Source of the DNA: the human T2T-CHM13v2.0 reference genome, Homo sapiens
Reading direction: 5' to 3' (one strand)
Assembly: GCF_009914755.1 (NCBI RefSeq)
Contig: NC_060929.1
Length of the DNA: 64,000 bases
Shown here: positions 1 through 14,900 of the stretch, piece by piece
Layout of the letters: each line of letters starts with the position of its first letter
Position numbering within the stretch: position 1 is the first letter of the stretch
Translations under genes and position numbers: made by a program
Notes under the pieces: model-generated
What the model saw: the letters and a program-made list of their open reading frames with translations, nothing else
What the model was told of the DNA's origin: nothing
The model's database searches: none

Positions 1-85
1 ACTTATCTCTCCCAGGATATTGCAATTGCCTCTCTTTATTTTTAAGCTTCTAGCTTCCTGGTAGCAAATCCATTCCCATTGAACA

Positions 86-565
86 TGTATTTGTTTCCTA
101 CTACTGTAACAAATTACCAAAAATTTAGTGGCTTGAAACCACACAAATGTATTATCTTACAGTTCTGGAAGTCAGAAGTCCAAAATGGGTCTTCAGGGCT
201 GTGTTCCTTCTGCAAACTGTAGGGGAGAATCCACTTCCTTGCCTTCTCCGGCATTCAGAGGCCACCTGCATTCCTGGGCTCATGGCCCCTTCCTCTACCT
301 TCATAGCCAACAAGATAGCACCTCATCAAATCTCTTTCTCACCTTTTCTTTTGTTGTCACCTCTTCTCTGACTCTCCTGCCTCCTCCTTTCCCTTATAAA
401 AACCTTTGTGATTACATTGAGCCCACCCAGAAATTATAGGATAATCCCCTCATTGTGAGATCATTAATTTAATCATACCTATGAAATTCCTTTGGCCATG
501 TAAAGTAATATTCACAGGTTTGGAGATTGGAAAGTAGACCCCTTGGAGAGCCATCATTCAGAACT
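86..565 (-). mobile_element. MaLR solo LTR (MLT1 family)
   Basis: Typical MLT1 text: ctgtaacaaattaccaaaaatttagtggcttgaaac...cagttctggaagtcagaagtccaaaat, and later ccatgtaaagtaatattcacaggtt. Confidence 0.8.
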
Positions 566-1127
566 CAAGTGATGTCTTTTAGTAAGATGCAAATCTGGTC
601 CTGCCATTTTCCTGCATGGAGCACTCATGACTTCCCAGGCCTCGGCAACAGCTTCAAATTTTTCTGATCTCAACCTACAATTAAAAATATATATTTTACA
701 TCATTATCTAATTTACACACACACTCACACACATGAAAATCTTCACAAAATTTGGCACTTACTCTTATGTGTAATTCACTTTCATAATTTCTGTTATAGC
801 CTATTAATTTGTAAAATGCTGTCCGTGACCCATTTCACAGAGTTTCTGGCCTGTTAGTGGGTTTCAAACCACAGTTTAAACATCATATAGGCTGTGTGTG
901 CTTCATCCATGCAAACTACTTTTAGATCCCAAACAGGCTGTTTTCTTTCATGCCTCATGCACTTTAGGCTATTCTTGCCCTACAAAGCTTACATGCCATT
1001 TCTGCTGACAGGCTCAACACAAAACATTACTTTCTTTAGAAAGACTCCATTGATTTCCTCCAGGCACCTGCACACCTACGTCTTGCCAGCCTCCCGTATT
1101 GTCTCTGTTATAGCACTTGCCAGGTAG

Positions 1128-1280
1128 TCTCTCATTCTCCTTTCTCTCTCTCTCTTTCTTTTTCTTTCTTTCTCTCTCTCCTGCACACACACATCCTTCT
1201 CTTTCTCCTCCTCTTCCATCTCCTTCTTCTGCCTTCCTCCTTCCTTTCCTGTTTTCCTCCCTTTCTCCTTTTCTTTTTAT
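1128..1280. repeat. CT-rich low-complexity polypyrimidine tract
   Basis: About 150 nt of almost pure C/T on the + strand, with a short (CA)n. Confidence 0.85.
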
Positions 1281-1753
1281 TTCATTCTAAAAGAAAGATA
1301 ATAAGAGATACAATAGCCTTTGTAGAAAAATTTGAAAATACAGAAGAATAAACAGAAAGCTAAACCTACCTCTAAACAAACCCTCCAGAGAGAACTAATA
1401 ATATTTACACATTTTCAGTTAATCTTTTTGATATCTAAATCTACACACTTTACTGAACAGAAATAGGTTCATGCTGTAAAATTTTGGAACCTGTTGGGAT
1501 GGACTTGACGTTAACCTGGATAGTGAGTATAAGTTATAACCAGCAATTTTTGACGGAAAAATACAAGGCAACCTATATATTGGTTTAATGAATATTCAGG
1601 ATATATAGTAATTAAAGATGACTTCCATGAAAAGAAATGTAAATAACGTTTAATAAAATAAGTAAGGAATTCTTCCAAAATTATATGTGGCAACCAAAAT
1701 TATATTTGGCAGCCAAATTTGGACTCTCCTGATGAATAAGATCTTGTTTATTC

Positions 1754-2059
<306 letters not shown>

Positions 2060-2199
2060 ATGTTTATTCTTTTGTAATCATATTTCTGATGAAAAACAAG
2101 TTTTTATTTGGAATTATTATTGTGCCTTAATACCCTATTAAGACAGTTTACCAGGGACGAAACCAGAATTTGGAGAAATTGTTTTACTTTTTTCAAGCT

Positions 2200-2378
2200 A
2201 CTAGTCCATTCTCAAAGTGAGGTCCACCGTGCAACTACATGAGAATCACTTTGAGGGCTACTAAAAGCTCAGATTCCCATGCTTACCCTGTCCTACTGAA
2301 TATGTCTTTAATCATGGAGCCCAGGAATGTCCCCCTTTTAACAAATTTTGATGCGTAATAAAATTTGAGCATCACTAC
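2200..2378. mobile_element. MER5-type hAT-Charlie DNA transposon relic
   Basis: ttctcaaagtgaggtcc...agaatcac...cagattcc...aaatttgagcatcact. Confidence 0.6.
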
Positions 2379-5300
2379 ACTAAACTTATAAAACTGTAAA
2401 AATCAATGTTCTAAACAGCTATTTGGGAGCACTAATAGTTTGTGTTAATGTAAATTCTCCCTAGAAATCAGTTCCTTTAAAAAGGCTTAACCTCAGGAGT
2501 CTTTAGAACCAAACGAGACCTTAAAATATGTAATTTAATCACATCTTTGTGCAAATGAGGAAACTAAAAAGATGAAATGACCTCTCACAAGTCACTGAGC
2601 AGGTTTGTAGAAGAATTGAACCTTTTACCCAGAAAGAATCTCTGATTCCAAGTCCTAAGCCCTCTTCCCTATTCCAGACTGGAGCAAACTTTACTATATC
2701 TGCTGGCTTACCTATTTTAAGCCACTATTTCATCACAGTAAATGCCACTTTAATCTTTGCTTATTTACTTTCTAATGACAAATCCTGAAATCAATTTCTT
2801 TATAAAAACGCATTTTGGTGTGTGAAGAGAAACATTCCTGGCTTTAATGTAATTATGAAAACTACAGAGCCATGAAATCTCCTTTGCTAACTGCATACTG
2901 CTTGGAGTTTGCATGTAATTTGTGGTTCATAATGCTCAAGTTTGCCTGCTGGTGTACTCAGATAAGAGGAAGCAGCTAGACTTCCAAATTAAAGGACTCT
3001 GATAGAATAAACTGCATCAATATCTCTATTTCCTGAAAAGGAAAAAATTCTGCTTGTTTAGTGAGGTGAAAAGTAATCTAAATAGCTGAATATAATCGCA
3101 AACAGAATTCTTGAAAGTACTGAGAATTTTTTAGTAAAGATACACAAAAGAAATGCTATACAAATGATCTGTGCTGAATGTATCTGGGGTTGAGATTCTA
3201 TTCCATTTCAGAACAACAGTCATTAAAAGGTCATAAAAAACATGATAAGCAGGTAAAATGACTTTTCCTTTATCTGAATTATTTTGGTTGCCATATTTTC
3301 AGAAGTTTAAAGGGGTGCTAGCTTTTTCTTTCTTTCTTTTTTAAAAAATTTCTGTATCTTTTATTCATTCTCTGTTTGAACATTTAGTTCCAGTTTGAGT
3401 TAGGGGTGGTGATCTTACAGCTAAACACCAGAAAGGCTGATTCTTGTTCACCATTAGTTAGCACAATAAGAAACTCAAGTTATCAAATCAGAGAGCACTT
3501 TCAGCATTAACTATTAATAATTGTATGAGTTTCCTTTTACTTTAAAATTTATGAATGGTAGATTCAAAGTGAGTGATAATGCAATGTTATATTCAGAGAC
3601 AATTTCACTGAAGCAAACAGGATAATAATTTATTATTTTTAAATATCACTATGATAATTTTTTTCCTGGATCTTTGATAATTTTTTTAACCATCTGGTTA
3701 TTTATGACATCACATTATATGTAACACTAAAGGAAGGTAGAAAGATACTTCTTCAGTGAATCTCTGCTTTCAACATACTTTTAGAATAAACAACTAGTAG
3801 AATAACTATACATCTGGTATTTTTTAAGTTCGTATTTATAAGTAGGCAAAGCAACCTTTACCTTCAGGAAGAAAACAGCTTCTCACAAGCGAATTCCATT
3901 GCACCAATTGGAAAGAAGTGCCCAGTCCAAATGTGAACTAGATTCTTCTGTCTTATGGTCAGGAGTTTTGCAATACTGTTATTAAGTGACATTATTGAAA
4001 ATCTACAAATAATTGGCTTTCTTTTATGAATTCTTAAAAAATTTTGATGACAAATTTTGCATTATGGTATTTGGATTTGCTATTTATTAGGAAAGGAGTT
4101 AAGAGGTACTTGAATTCAGAATCCAAGATAAACATGTGTTTCAGTAAATATTAATAAGGTTAAAGAGAAATTTTCTTTTGAGGGAGAATATAAGTCTCTT
4201 GCAACTGTGTTTATGGAATAGAAGTAGATGATGCCCACATTTTTTTATTGAAAGGACTCCTTGGTTACAATGACTTGTTCCCAAGCACTTTTGTCTTCCC
4301 CCTACCCACTTGCACTCTCTCTCCCTCTCTTCATCCCTCCCTCTGTCTTTCTTTAGAAAGGAGCCCTTTGCTTCCTAACCTTATTTAACTTGTTTCTGGA
4401 AATGAAGCAAATTAAATTTTACTCATTAATGTGCTTATGCCTGGAGTATCCATCTTCTTATGATGGGAGATAAGGCTGCACTTGATCCTGTGTTGCCCAG
4501 TCCACCACCCCTTACTTTCATATTGCTCCTAGTACCCTTGCAGTTCATTTAATCTTAGGAGATACTGGATATTACATTTTTGGTACATCCAGTTGATGTT
4601 TTTCTGATGGTTTGAAAGTTACTTGAGATGAATTTTTAAAAATGCAAATAAAAATAATCAAGTACAAACAACCACTGGGTGATCTAGGAGTTAGTGTAAA
4701 GGAGATGGCAAGTACAGAAACTTTTGTTGTTGTTGCTTAGGAATAGTTTATGGTGGCCATGTTGAATGATAAGCTTTACTATCCCACTAATTGAGAACTG
4801 AGATCCATCAGTTACAGCTACAAGTTGTAGGACAGTAGCATCGGAAGTCAGAGTTTGAGCACCTCTGGATAAGCATTTTTTTCGGTGGCCACCTTGGGCA
4901 TTCGTCTCAAATTCATATCTTTATTTAGAAATAAGTGGCTAGTCTCCCTCATGGACACACTGAAATTTATAGGATAGGAAAAGCAGAAAAGCAGTAACAA
5001 CAGACTTATTGGAAGAAAAGGTAGAGTTGTAATATAATGAGAATATATCCATTTATACATTGTTGGTTTTAGAATATCTCTCCTTAGAAGTTTTCATCTA
5101 GGATTAAAATAAAGTATCTCTAACATTCGAGCTTCTTATCTTTCCACAGACTTGCAGTAACTTATCTACTTATTTGTATTGATTAATAATGTTAGCCTTC
5201 CAATACCTCATTTTTGCAACCTTGATACCATCTGCAACTTGTCTCTTGTGTTCTTGTGGTTGTGTAATCTAACCTCTTACAGAATGCACAACTCTCTTCT

Positions 5301-5969
5301 ACAACATCCTTAATGTTGTTCATTCTTAACATTCTTATGTTCAAACATCTCCTGTGATAAAGTACTCACCAATTTCTAATGCAGCCCATTTTTATTAGTT
5401 TCTATCTTGAGTCAAAATCTATACATATCCAATCATTTTTACCGTTGAGACAAAGGGTTTTCATCCCGTTGCCAAAGCCAGTTTGGAGAAAAGCCCAGAC
5501 AACATTTTAGTCATCCTTTGCCTGCTTTTCTTTCCATGACAGTTTCCAGTTTTTATTTACTTGTCTCAATTTGTTGTTCGATTGCCTTGGACATTCCATA
5601 TTGAAGTGGGTCCTCTGGCAGAAGTTTTAAAGCTCATTGTTTTTTGCTTGTCAACTTTAAGCAAATTGGAAGGCCATAGCAGTAATCTTATTTCCATTTC
5701 TGGAAAAAAGATGATATTTGAGCAAAGAATGACAACCTGTATCTTCACTCCTTGTAAAATACAATTTTATTCAAATAAGAGAGATTAACAGTAGTTTGTA
5801 ATCACACCTTTTTTAAAAAGGACATCCAAAAATTAGATATCATACATAACATTTGGATAATTCTATAGAGATATAATAAACCCAAATCATGAACATGAAA
5901 TATGTTGATGTATAAAACATTGCACATGAAAAAGAAACTTAGAAATAAAGAAAGAGCAGCTAGGAGTTA

Positions 5970-6210
5970 TAACAGCTGACAGGTGTTGCATGCTTCCTGT
6001 GTCTGAGGTCCTATTCTAACCAAGTTACCTGTGTTAGCTCATTTGATTTTCATAGCAACCTTAGGTTTCCAGAGAAACTCATTTTACAGTTGAGAAAACT
6101 GGGGTACAGAAAGGTTGATTGATTTGCCCAACATCACACAGCCAGTAAGGAGTGGAGCCAGAATGTGAACACAGGTCATCCAGCCCTAGAATTCCTGCTC
6201 TTAACAATTA
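5970..6210 (-). mobile_element. MIR SINE
   Basis: MIR core cattttacagttgagaaaactggggtacagaaaggtt...tttgcccaacatcacacagccagtaag. Confidence 0.75.
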
Positions 6211-6456
6211 TCCCACGTTGATCAGACTGCCAGCATCAGAATGACCAAGGGTGCTTGGAGAAGGTACACATTCCCAGACTCAGCTGCCAAATCTACTAAG
6301 GGAGAACTTCTGAGAGGAGCACTATGTTAAATTGCCATATGTAATTTATAAATAAATTCATTAGAAGGAATAGGTCTCCTAAAACTTCCCTGAAAATGAA
6401 TGATAGGGAAACTCTTCACTCTATTTTTCCCCCCAGCCAGCTCTGTGCTTTACTAG

Positions 6457-6868
<412 letters not shown>

Positions 6869-8882
6869 CATTCCTTCATCCTTCTATGAACGATGATGGA
6901 TCTGGGCAAATCTAGCATTACACCCTTGCCCATCTGCCTGCTCTCACATTTGTGAAATAATTCACCAGGCTGAGCATGTAGCTGGGCTGCTTGGAGCAGA
7001 GGGAAGAACACACAGGGATCAGACCCTGACCTTATTAGCACGGCATGATCATCATGCCTGGCATAATCCAGACAGAGTGGCACCCAGCTGGAGAAGTTTC
7101 TGTCTTTCCTGTAGGAGAAGGATCAGTAGAGGCCAGTGCATCTGCTCCCTGACTCTGCTACCAAGCAATTCAAGCAGTAGAGTCTGTTTACAGGGTAAGA
7201 AAAATACATTTGTCTGGCACACAATCCCTGAAAGAACTTTTTGCATTGAAATAGGAATTTGAATTATAGTCAGACTACTAATTCCCTTTCAGGTTTCTCA
7301 TGCCAACAGTCATGTTGTCAGTGAAATTTAAATGTGGGAAAAATGCTTTTATGGACTGCCAGATTGTTTGGCAAATGATTTAGGTCTACTTGGTTTATTT
7401 GTGAAGCAGTGATTTTTGTTAACTGCAAAATAATATGAAAATAAAGAATTAAATTTTGCTGTATACATGGGTTTTATTTCTCCAACAATAACATTCTTAG
7501 TCCTACCTCGTCTTTCTTCTTAAATTTAAAATGTCAATGTACAGATGTATGCTATATAGCATATACTTGCTTGTCTGCTTTCTTTTTCACACATAAATCA
7601 ATATAGGTCCTTTCTCATTTGTGGCTTTTTACTCTTATTTTCTGTTGATCTGGAAATAATATGGTTGGTTCATGTGTAATAACTTCTGGAAATTTGTTTT
7701 CTCTGCCTTAGCAGAGAAATTAACCCCTAAAGAGAATTCATATTGAATACATTCTGTAGATGTTATTCTATATTTAAATTGTGTCAAGTTGTAATAAGAG
7801 TTTGGCCTTAATTTTACATGTTGTTGTCTTTTGGCATTTCAGTCAAATTTTATCATTTTCAAAAGCAGCACCCAAAGTGACAGTGTTAAAGTGGCCCTGG
7901 GTGCCCATGGGACTCACCCTCTGTACACCACCCAGGCCCTTCTACCTTCCAGAGGGGTAGCACCTCCTCCACAGAGGTGAGTCCACAATTCACAGTCCAG
8001 TCCTCAAACTGAGATGTCTGCCTTTCTAGCTTCTTAATCCTTGCAGCTAATGATCAGGCCGCAGTTCTCCCCAATAAATTCCAGTTCTGTTTTGAATGAA
8101 GATGTATAAAATGAAAAAAGCCATTTCCCATGCTGTATGCTCTATCAGAAAGACTTCTATCCTCAGAATTGGTAGGAAGTCACTCTTCAGACTTCTGAGG
8201 TTTATCAAGCCTGGCCCGTAATTGTTGTTGAATTGTTTTCCATAGGTGCATCTCTCAATCCTTTCGTCTTCTTTGTAGCTGGCCTCTGACCCACGCCTCT
8301 GATTTCATGTCCTCCAATTATGGATCCGAGCGCCAGTCTCATTGGTGTCTGATCAGAACTGAACGGAAAAGAATTACTTTAACAGCAATTGAAGCCATTT
8401 CTGGATGATTTCAACATATCCAAAAAACAAGTCAGTGAAAAGCCAGGGTTTCTCTCTAATTAGCTGTGTGATGGTGAAGCCTCATTTGCTGTTATCATTG
8501 ATCTTAGGAGGCCGTGGGTAACTTTGTGCCTTGTAAAGTTTGATATTGTATAATCTCATACAGAAATGTGAGGTCACTAAATTCACACATGAAAGTACAC
8601 TAGGCTGTCTGAGGCCTTGGTCTGAGTGTCATCATTTCCCAAATGCCAGACAAATAGGCTTAATATTTTTTACCAAGTTAACCACTTGTGAGACAGTACT
8701 GGCCCACTCAAAATTGCTTTTGATGTTTAGATACTCCATTTGAATGTACTATCATCCCACTATGGTTTTAGAATTATTTAAGATGAAATATTATTTTAAA
8801 AGCAACTAATAAGTAAATTGGACCCACTTATAAAGAGAAATGTATATCATTATTAATAGTAGTACTATTTCAGGTCAAATCA

Positions 8883-9246
<364 letters not shown>

Positions 9247-9929
9247 AGAAGCTTTTCCAACGTTGACACCCTTTCTCTGGTATCTTCTCCCTGGCTTTCC
9301 CCTGCTCTTCCGAGAGGCAGCCATTTTATCCTCCTGTTTCATATCTGTTGCACAGCCAGCTATGTGCTCGCTCTCTCTATGGCGTACATGATGAGATGCT
9401 GCAGCAGCTTCTAGTTCTCTAGCATCTGATTTCTACATTTTCATTTCCCTTTTTCTTTCTATCTATTTTAGGGAGTTCATCACCAGACATAATACTTACT
9501 GATTCTTGTCACTCAAAGTAATGTGAGATGCGGGAATCTGCTTTAATCTTGGAACACTCATATAATTCACTAGGCCCTTTGTTTCCATGAGGATCAAAGC
9601 AATCATAAAAATAAGAATGTGCAGAAGACCTTAAAGAAATCAGCAAGCATAATCAGATGATAGTCATGAAAAGAATTTAATTGCGTATTTCATCTTTGCA
9701 TTCTGTTCTCCTTTTATGTAAGGAGGCATGGAGAGCGAAAAGGAGAGCATGTGAATTCTGGCTGATCCTGAAGGACAAATATCTTTATTTTCTCTTCTCC
9801 CCTGGGAGTGGGATGAGCAAGAAACAATGTTCCACTGTGCAATCCAGTTTTGTCTTAACAGACACTTTCTACTGGGATCTGACAGGCTCGCTTCGATTTT
9901 TTACTCATTAACATGATCAATAATGATGA

Positions 9930-10330
9930 TGCTGCCTCTAGCATATTACACTTTACAGAGAACTTTTCTCATTTATGGCTTGCAGTTCAACTCACTATTA
10001 GGTATTGATTTCATTTTGGAAATCAGGAAACATGCACAGAGAGGTTAGATGATATTTCTGAAGATACCCTGCTTGTGAGTCTTAGAGCCAGGGTAGGAAC
10101 CCAGGTGTTCTAACTCCAAAGCCCTTTCTTTGTGCCACACATTGCTATTACTGAATAAAAAAGCAGAGGGAGTCTCATTTATTGAGCACCTAGTATGCAC
10201 AAGAAGCATTACATACGTTAATTCTCACAGTAATCTTGAGAAGATAGATGATATCATCATTATTTTAGCTAGAAAGCAAGAACTCAAAGGGGTTTAATTA
10301 CTTGCCCAGGGTCATATAACTGATACCATG
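9930..10330 (-). mobile_element. Two adjacent MIR fragments
   Basis: MIR-like cores cagagaggttagatgat...agagccagggtaggaacccagg and ttattgagcacc...tacttgcccagggtcat. Confidence 0.6.
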
Positions 10331-11064
10331 TCAAATATTACATTTTCTTTCCTCCATTACAGATTGTGGATCCTCCTCTGGAATACACAAGAATTTGTTC
10401 TTGGTACCTTCCCTCCAACCCCACCATCCCCTCGGATACTATAGTTTTAAAGATAGGGAGGGTGTGATCATCATACTGTGCATGTGCAGTGCCTGGTGAA
10501 TTTTTCAATGCCAAACAGAAGCCTCTGCAATACCTGAATATTGTTTCAGTTCTTACAATGTAAAAATGGTAGAAAATGCACAAAAGATGAACATCAGTGT
10601 CAGCCTTTTTGCCATGATTGTGATTTTCGTGTGGTAACAAACACCCCTCAGCCCATCAAAATCTACCCATCACTGGAAACCTGCACCAACCGTCCCCGTT
10701 CCTGGAGCTTACTTCAGCTTACATTGATTTGTTTTTTCTCTGATTTCTCTAGTACTTACGTCATACTATAAACACTTCACACACAACCAGGCTCTCAGAT
10801 TGCTTTGTGTGCTTCATTTTGCCAGTTTATGGGAAATAGAAATTTTCTGATTTCTAGGTTGTATCTCGTAGATGTTTACTTTGTATTTTTCTCAGTACCC
10901 CACACAATGCTAGGTATATAGATATTTAATGTTTGGTTGGTTTTCATTAAGAAGTTAGGTTAAGAATATTGATTAAATAACATAATTTTTGCTTTGTATC
11001 AATTTTGAGTCCAAACATCAATTTCACCTAGGCACTAAATTGTTTGGGATAAGTTAATAACTAG

Positions 11065-11411
<347 letters not shown>

Positions 11412-12539
11412 TAGAATATTTTTGTTTTTATTTTTATTTTTGAAGATATATGTGGATTCTCTTGAACATGAAAACACAAGGTCAAATGGGTGAGAGGAGT
11501 GTAGTCAATGAAGAAGACAAAGATAAGAAAACATAGGTACAGGCTGGGAAACATGGCCAAATTCTGACATGAAGGGATCAAAAACAAAAGAATAAACACA
11601 CATACTAAGTATAAATGTAAATATAAAATTGGATAGGGATCTTGGAGCCAAATAAAAAGTAGCCTAAGAAATTTGGACTTTATTCTATGGCCAGTAGGAA
11701 GACATAGACTGTTTTTGAACAGGAGTGAGTGGTGGTACAGATGGTGATGGAGGTAGTGGGGTCATCTCTAAACTTCAATACCTCAGGGGCCAGTCAACAA
11801 CATAAAGACAGCCAGATAAGAGTACAAAAGTGGCAGCTGCTACTAGTTGTAGTCCTCCATGGCCACACAGCAATGCAGGAACCATTTTTACCATCTTTTG
11901 AAATTTTTCAAAACAAATTAGAAATCTGGGCTTTTGTGTAAAAAATTTACATTTTAAAATGTTAGCTTAAGGAATTTTAAACACGACATTAATCAAACAG
12001 GCCACTTCTGTGAGGCAGATACCAGCCTGTGATCTTGACCTACATGAGTGACACAATCACTTTTCAAAATAGTTAACTAGAGAAAGCTGGTCAGAATCAG
12101 GGCAAGAACTGCACATGGCAGAGAAATATTCTTATTTTAGAGGCAGACTCACTGGTTTTATTTTAAAATGAACATGTTTGCAGTGTGTAAATCAGCTGAG
12201 CTTTAGAACTTTTGCAAACATTCAACTCTTTAGAATTGACAATGGTAATATAACAAGAATCTTTAAAATACATCAGAAATTAAGAACTTGCTTTATAAAC
12301 CCTCACCTGACTTTAAACATAAATTAAACAGGTGCTAGAGGACTTTTGAGACAATAATTAACCAAGTATTCATTGATAAAACACAGGCATAAACCAGGAC
12401 ATTCTTGGGCAAACTAGGACGTATGGTTACCCTATCTACTTACATATAGTTGGAATTCTAAAATAAACACATTTTTAAAATGAGGTTAAAGTAGCTTGAA
12501 GGGTTAATAACTGAAATTTTCTTCTAGAATTGTTATAAG

Positions 12540-13520
12540 ATAATAATCCTCAAAATTGGGAAGCACAGTTATTCCCCCAGCAGCACATGTAAAAAGAATG
12601 TAAATGTAGCCACATCACAGTGAAACTACAGAATACCAAAGATGAAAAGAAGCTCCTAAAAGTAGCTTCAGAGTAATGATAGTTCATATGTTGGGGACAA
12701 ATGGAAAAGAGCCTAAGAAACTTGGACTTTATTTCCTAGCCAATAGGAAGACATAGCATGGTTTTGAACAAGAGGTGAATGGTAGTATGGATGGTGATGG
12801 AAGTCATGAGGTCTTTATCACAATAAAGATAGTGATTAAAATGGAACAATAATTAGATTTACAGCAGACTTTTCAATGGTATCAACTAAAGCCTGAAGAC
12901 AATGGAATGATGTGGTAAAGTGAAGATAGACTATAACTAGAATTATATACCCAGCTAAACATTATTCATAAGTAAGGGTTAAACAAAAATATATTTGGAC
13001 ATACAAAAGAAGTATTTATTACCGGCAGACCTTCCCCAATGGGATTTCTAAAAAAATGCACTTCAAAAACATGAAAGGAGGATTTGAGATACAAGAAAAA
13101 CTTGTGAGCAGAGAAACTGGAAAACATGTGGATAAATACAAATAAATAATGTCTGTGTTAAAAAGTGTCTGACTTAGGGAGTAAAAAATCAAGGTAGTTT
13201 AAAATATAAAACATTGTACAACATTATGATTTATGATAGGAATGGATGACTGAAAAATTGAATTTTGGAGAATGAAGTTAAAGATATTGCTTGTTTTTTT
13301 TAAATATAAATTTCTACATTTTCATAATCACTTTATTATAGGCATAACTTCCAAATTAATAAAGAGATGAATGAGATTAGACAAAATAGAAAATTTTCAA
13401 CCAAAGAGAAAGCAGGATATGAAAAAAAGAAACATAACATAATCAGACCAAATGTCATAGAACAAGATAGTAAATATACAAATAAATATAGTGGTTATTA
13501 TAGAAAATATTAGTGGGCCA
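12540..13520 (+). mobile_element. Old L1M relic (ORF1 end / inter-ORF region)
   Basis: A-rich, with cacatcacagtgaaact...aaagatgaaaagaagctcctaaaagtagc and ctagaattatatacccagctaaacatattattca, typical of L1 ORF1. Confidence 0.65.
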
Positions 13521-14019
13521 ATTTCTTGATAAAAGGATTCTGATCCACTGTATCAAAAATACTATGAGAAAGAAAAATATATTTTAATTCAGAGCTGAAA
13601 AGGACTTAGAAAATGTAGTTTCTCATTTATAAATGAGAAAATCAAAGCCTAGAGAGTCGAGTGAGATAACCAAAGTCACTTTTCTAACAAGTACCAGAGA
13701 TTCAACCAGAATCTAAGTTTCCTGGCTTCTAATACTATATGATCTATTAAATTATACTTTTGTCTTCTTTTCCACAAAAACGTATTTAATTCCACAGGCT
13801 GAGTTTCCTGTGCATCTTTTTTTTTTCTTCTTGAAGATACTACTAGCCTTTTCTCCAGGACTAAAAGTATTTTTTTTTTCCTAGAGGGTAGACAAAGTTG
13901 TGACTGCTGATGAGAATAAAAATATTGCAATAAAGAAAAATCTTAGGTGATTTTTTTTCTTTTGCTTTGACTGACCTAAGCTTAAGGAAAGATAATTTCT
14001 TGTCTAATTGTATCTTTAA

Positions 14020-14900
14020 AAGTACGGAAGGGAATTAATGAAGGAAGAAGGAGAAGAATCTTGAATAGGTGGAACATTTTCAGCTTGTTAAAATTTGTGA
14101 GTTTTGATGTTGTGATTAAAGATTTTAAGTGCCGGTGACACAGTAGATTTTGGAGAATTTCATTGACTTTAGTTTTTTGCACAAGTTAAATTCGAGATAT
14201 CTGTGTGTCCCATGATGAAAATATGGTTCTGGAATACAGAAGTGTAGTCAAGGTTTCCTAGTAAGCGGACTATTATATTTATAGATTACATTTCAAATTG
14301 TGAAGAAAGTGTAGTATCTGGTAGCATCATACAAGACGATGAGAGAGAATGAAGATCAGAAGCCTGTACAGCACCATGAAGAGGTGAGCAGAAAGGGAAG
14401 CTTGCCAATCAGGAAGAGGAGCTCGCCACATGAAGAAGAAAACTTAGAGAGACTAAAGAATCAGGAGAGCGTCATGCCCTGGAAGAGTGAATTTAAAGAA
14501 ATAAGGGGTTAGTTACATATGTATACATGTGCCATGCTGGTGCACTGCACCCACTAACTCACATATGTAACTAACCTGCACAATGTGCACATGTACCCTA
14601 TAACTTAAAGTACAATAAAAAAAAAAAGAAAAGGAAAAAAAATAATAAATAAATAAATACATAAAAGTCTTTCAGCAGGAAAAAAAAAAAGAAATAAGGG
14701 GTTATCATCTATACCATGTGTTTTAGAATAGACAAGTAAGATGAGAACCAAAAGTTAAACTGCTGGATATGGTAGTGATGAGGTCATTGATTATTTTAGC
14801 ATGAACAATTTCAGTAGAGTCTTAGCACTGGACACAGCTACAATTGGTTGAAAAATGAATGGGGTTTGAAATAACGAAGCTGAAAAAGATCTAAAGCACA
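14020..14900 (+). mobile_element. L2 fragments, interrupted by a young L1 at 14512
   Basis: Degenerate L2-like text: ttcattgactttagttttttgcacaagttaaattcgagat and gacaagtaagatgagaacc...ggtcattga. Confidence 0.5.
14512..14690 (+). mobile_element. Very short young L1 (L1PA2-like) with 5' inversion and extra 3' sequence
   Basis: Antisense L1 3'UTR to 14560, sense L1 3' end from 14561 into poly-A, a second poly-A at 14680-14690. TSD aaagaaataaggggtta at 14495-14511 and 14688-14704. Confidence 0.9.

Noticed and set aside
10340-10410. Good-looking acceptor cattttctttcctccattacag
   Set aside because: No convincing downstream donor or Rab3-like coding sequence
14367-14387. REST/RE1-like motif tacagcaccatgaagaggtga (also ccagcaccttgagagc near 25438)
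   Set aside because: The key GG of the right half-site is broken or mis-spaced in both
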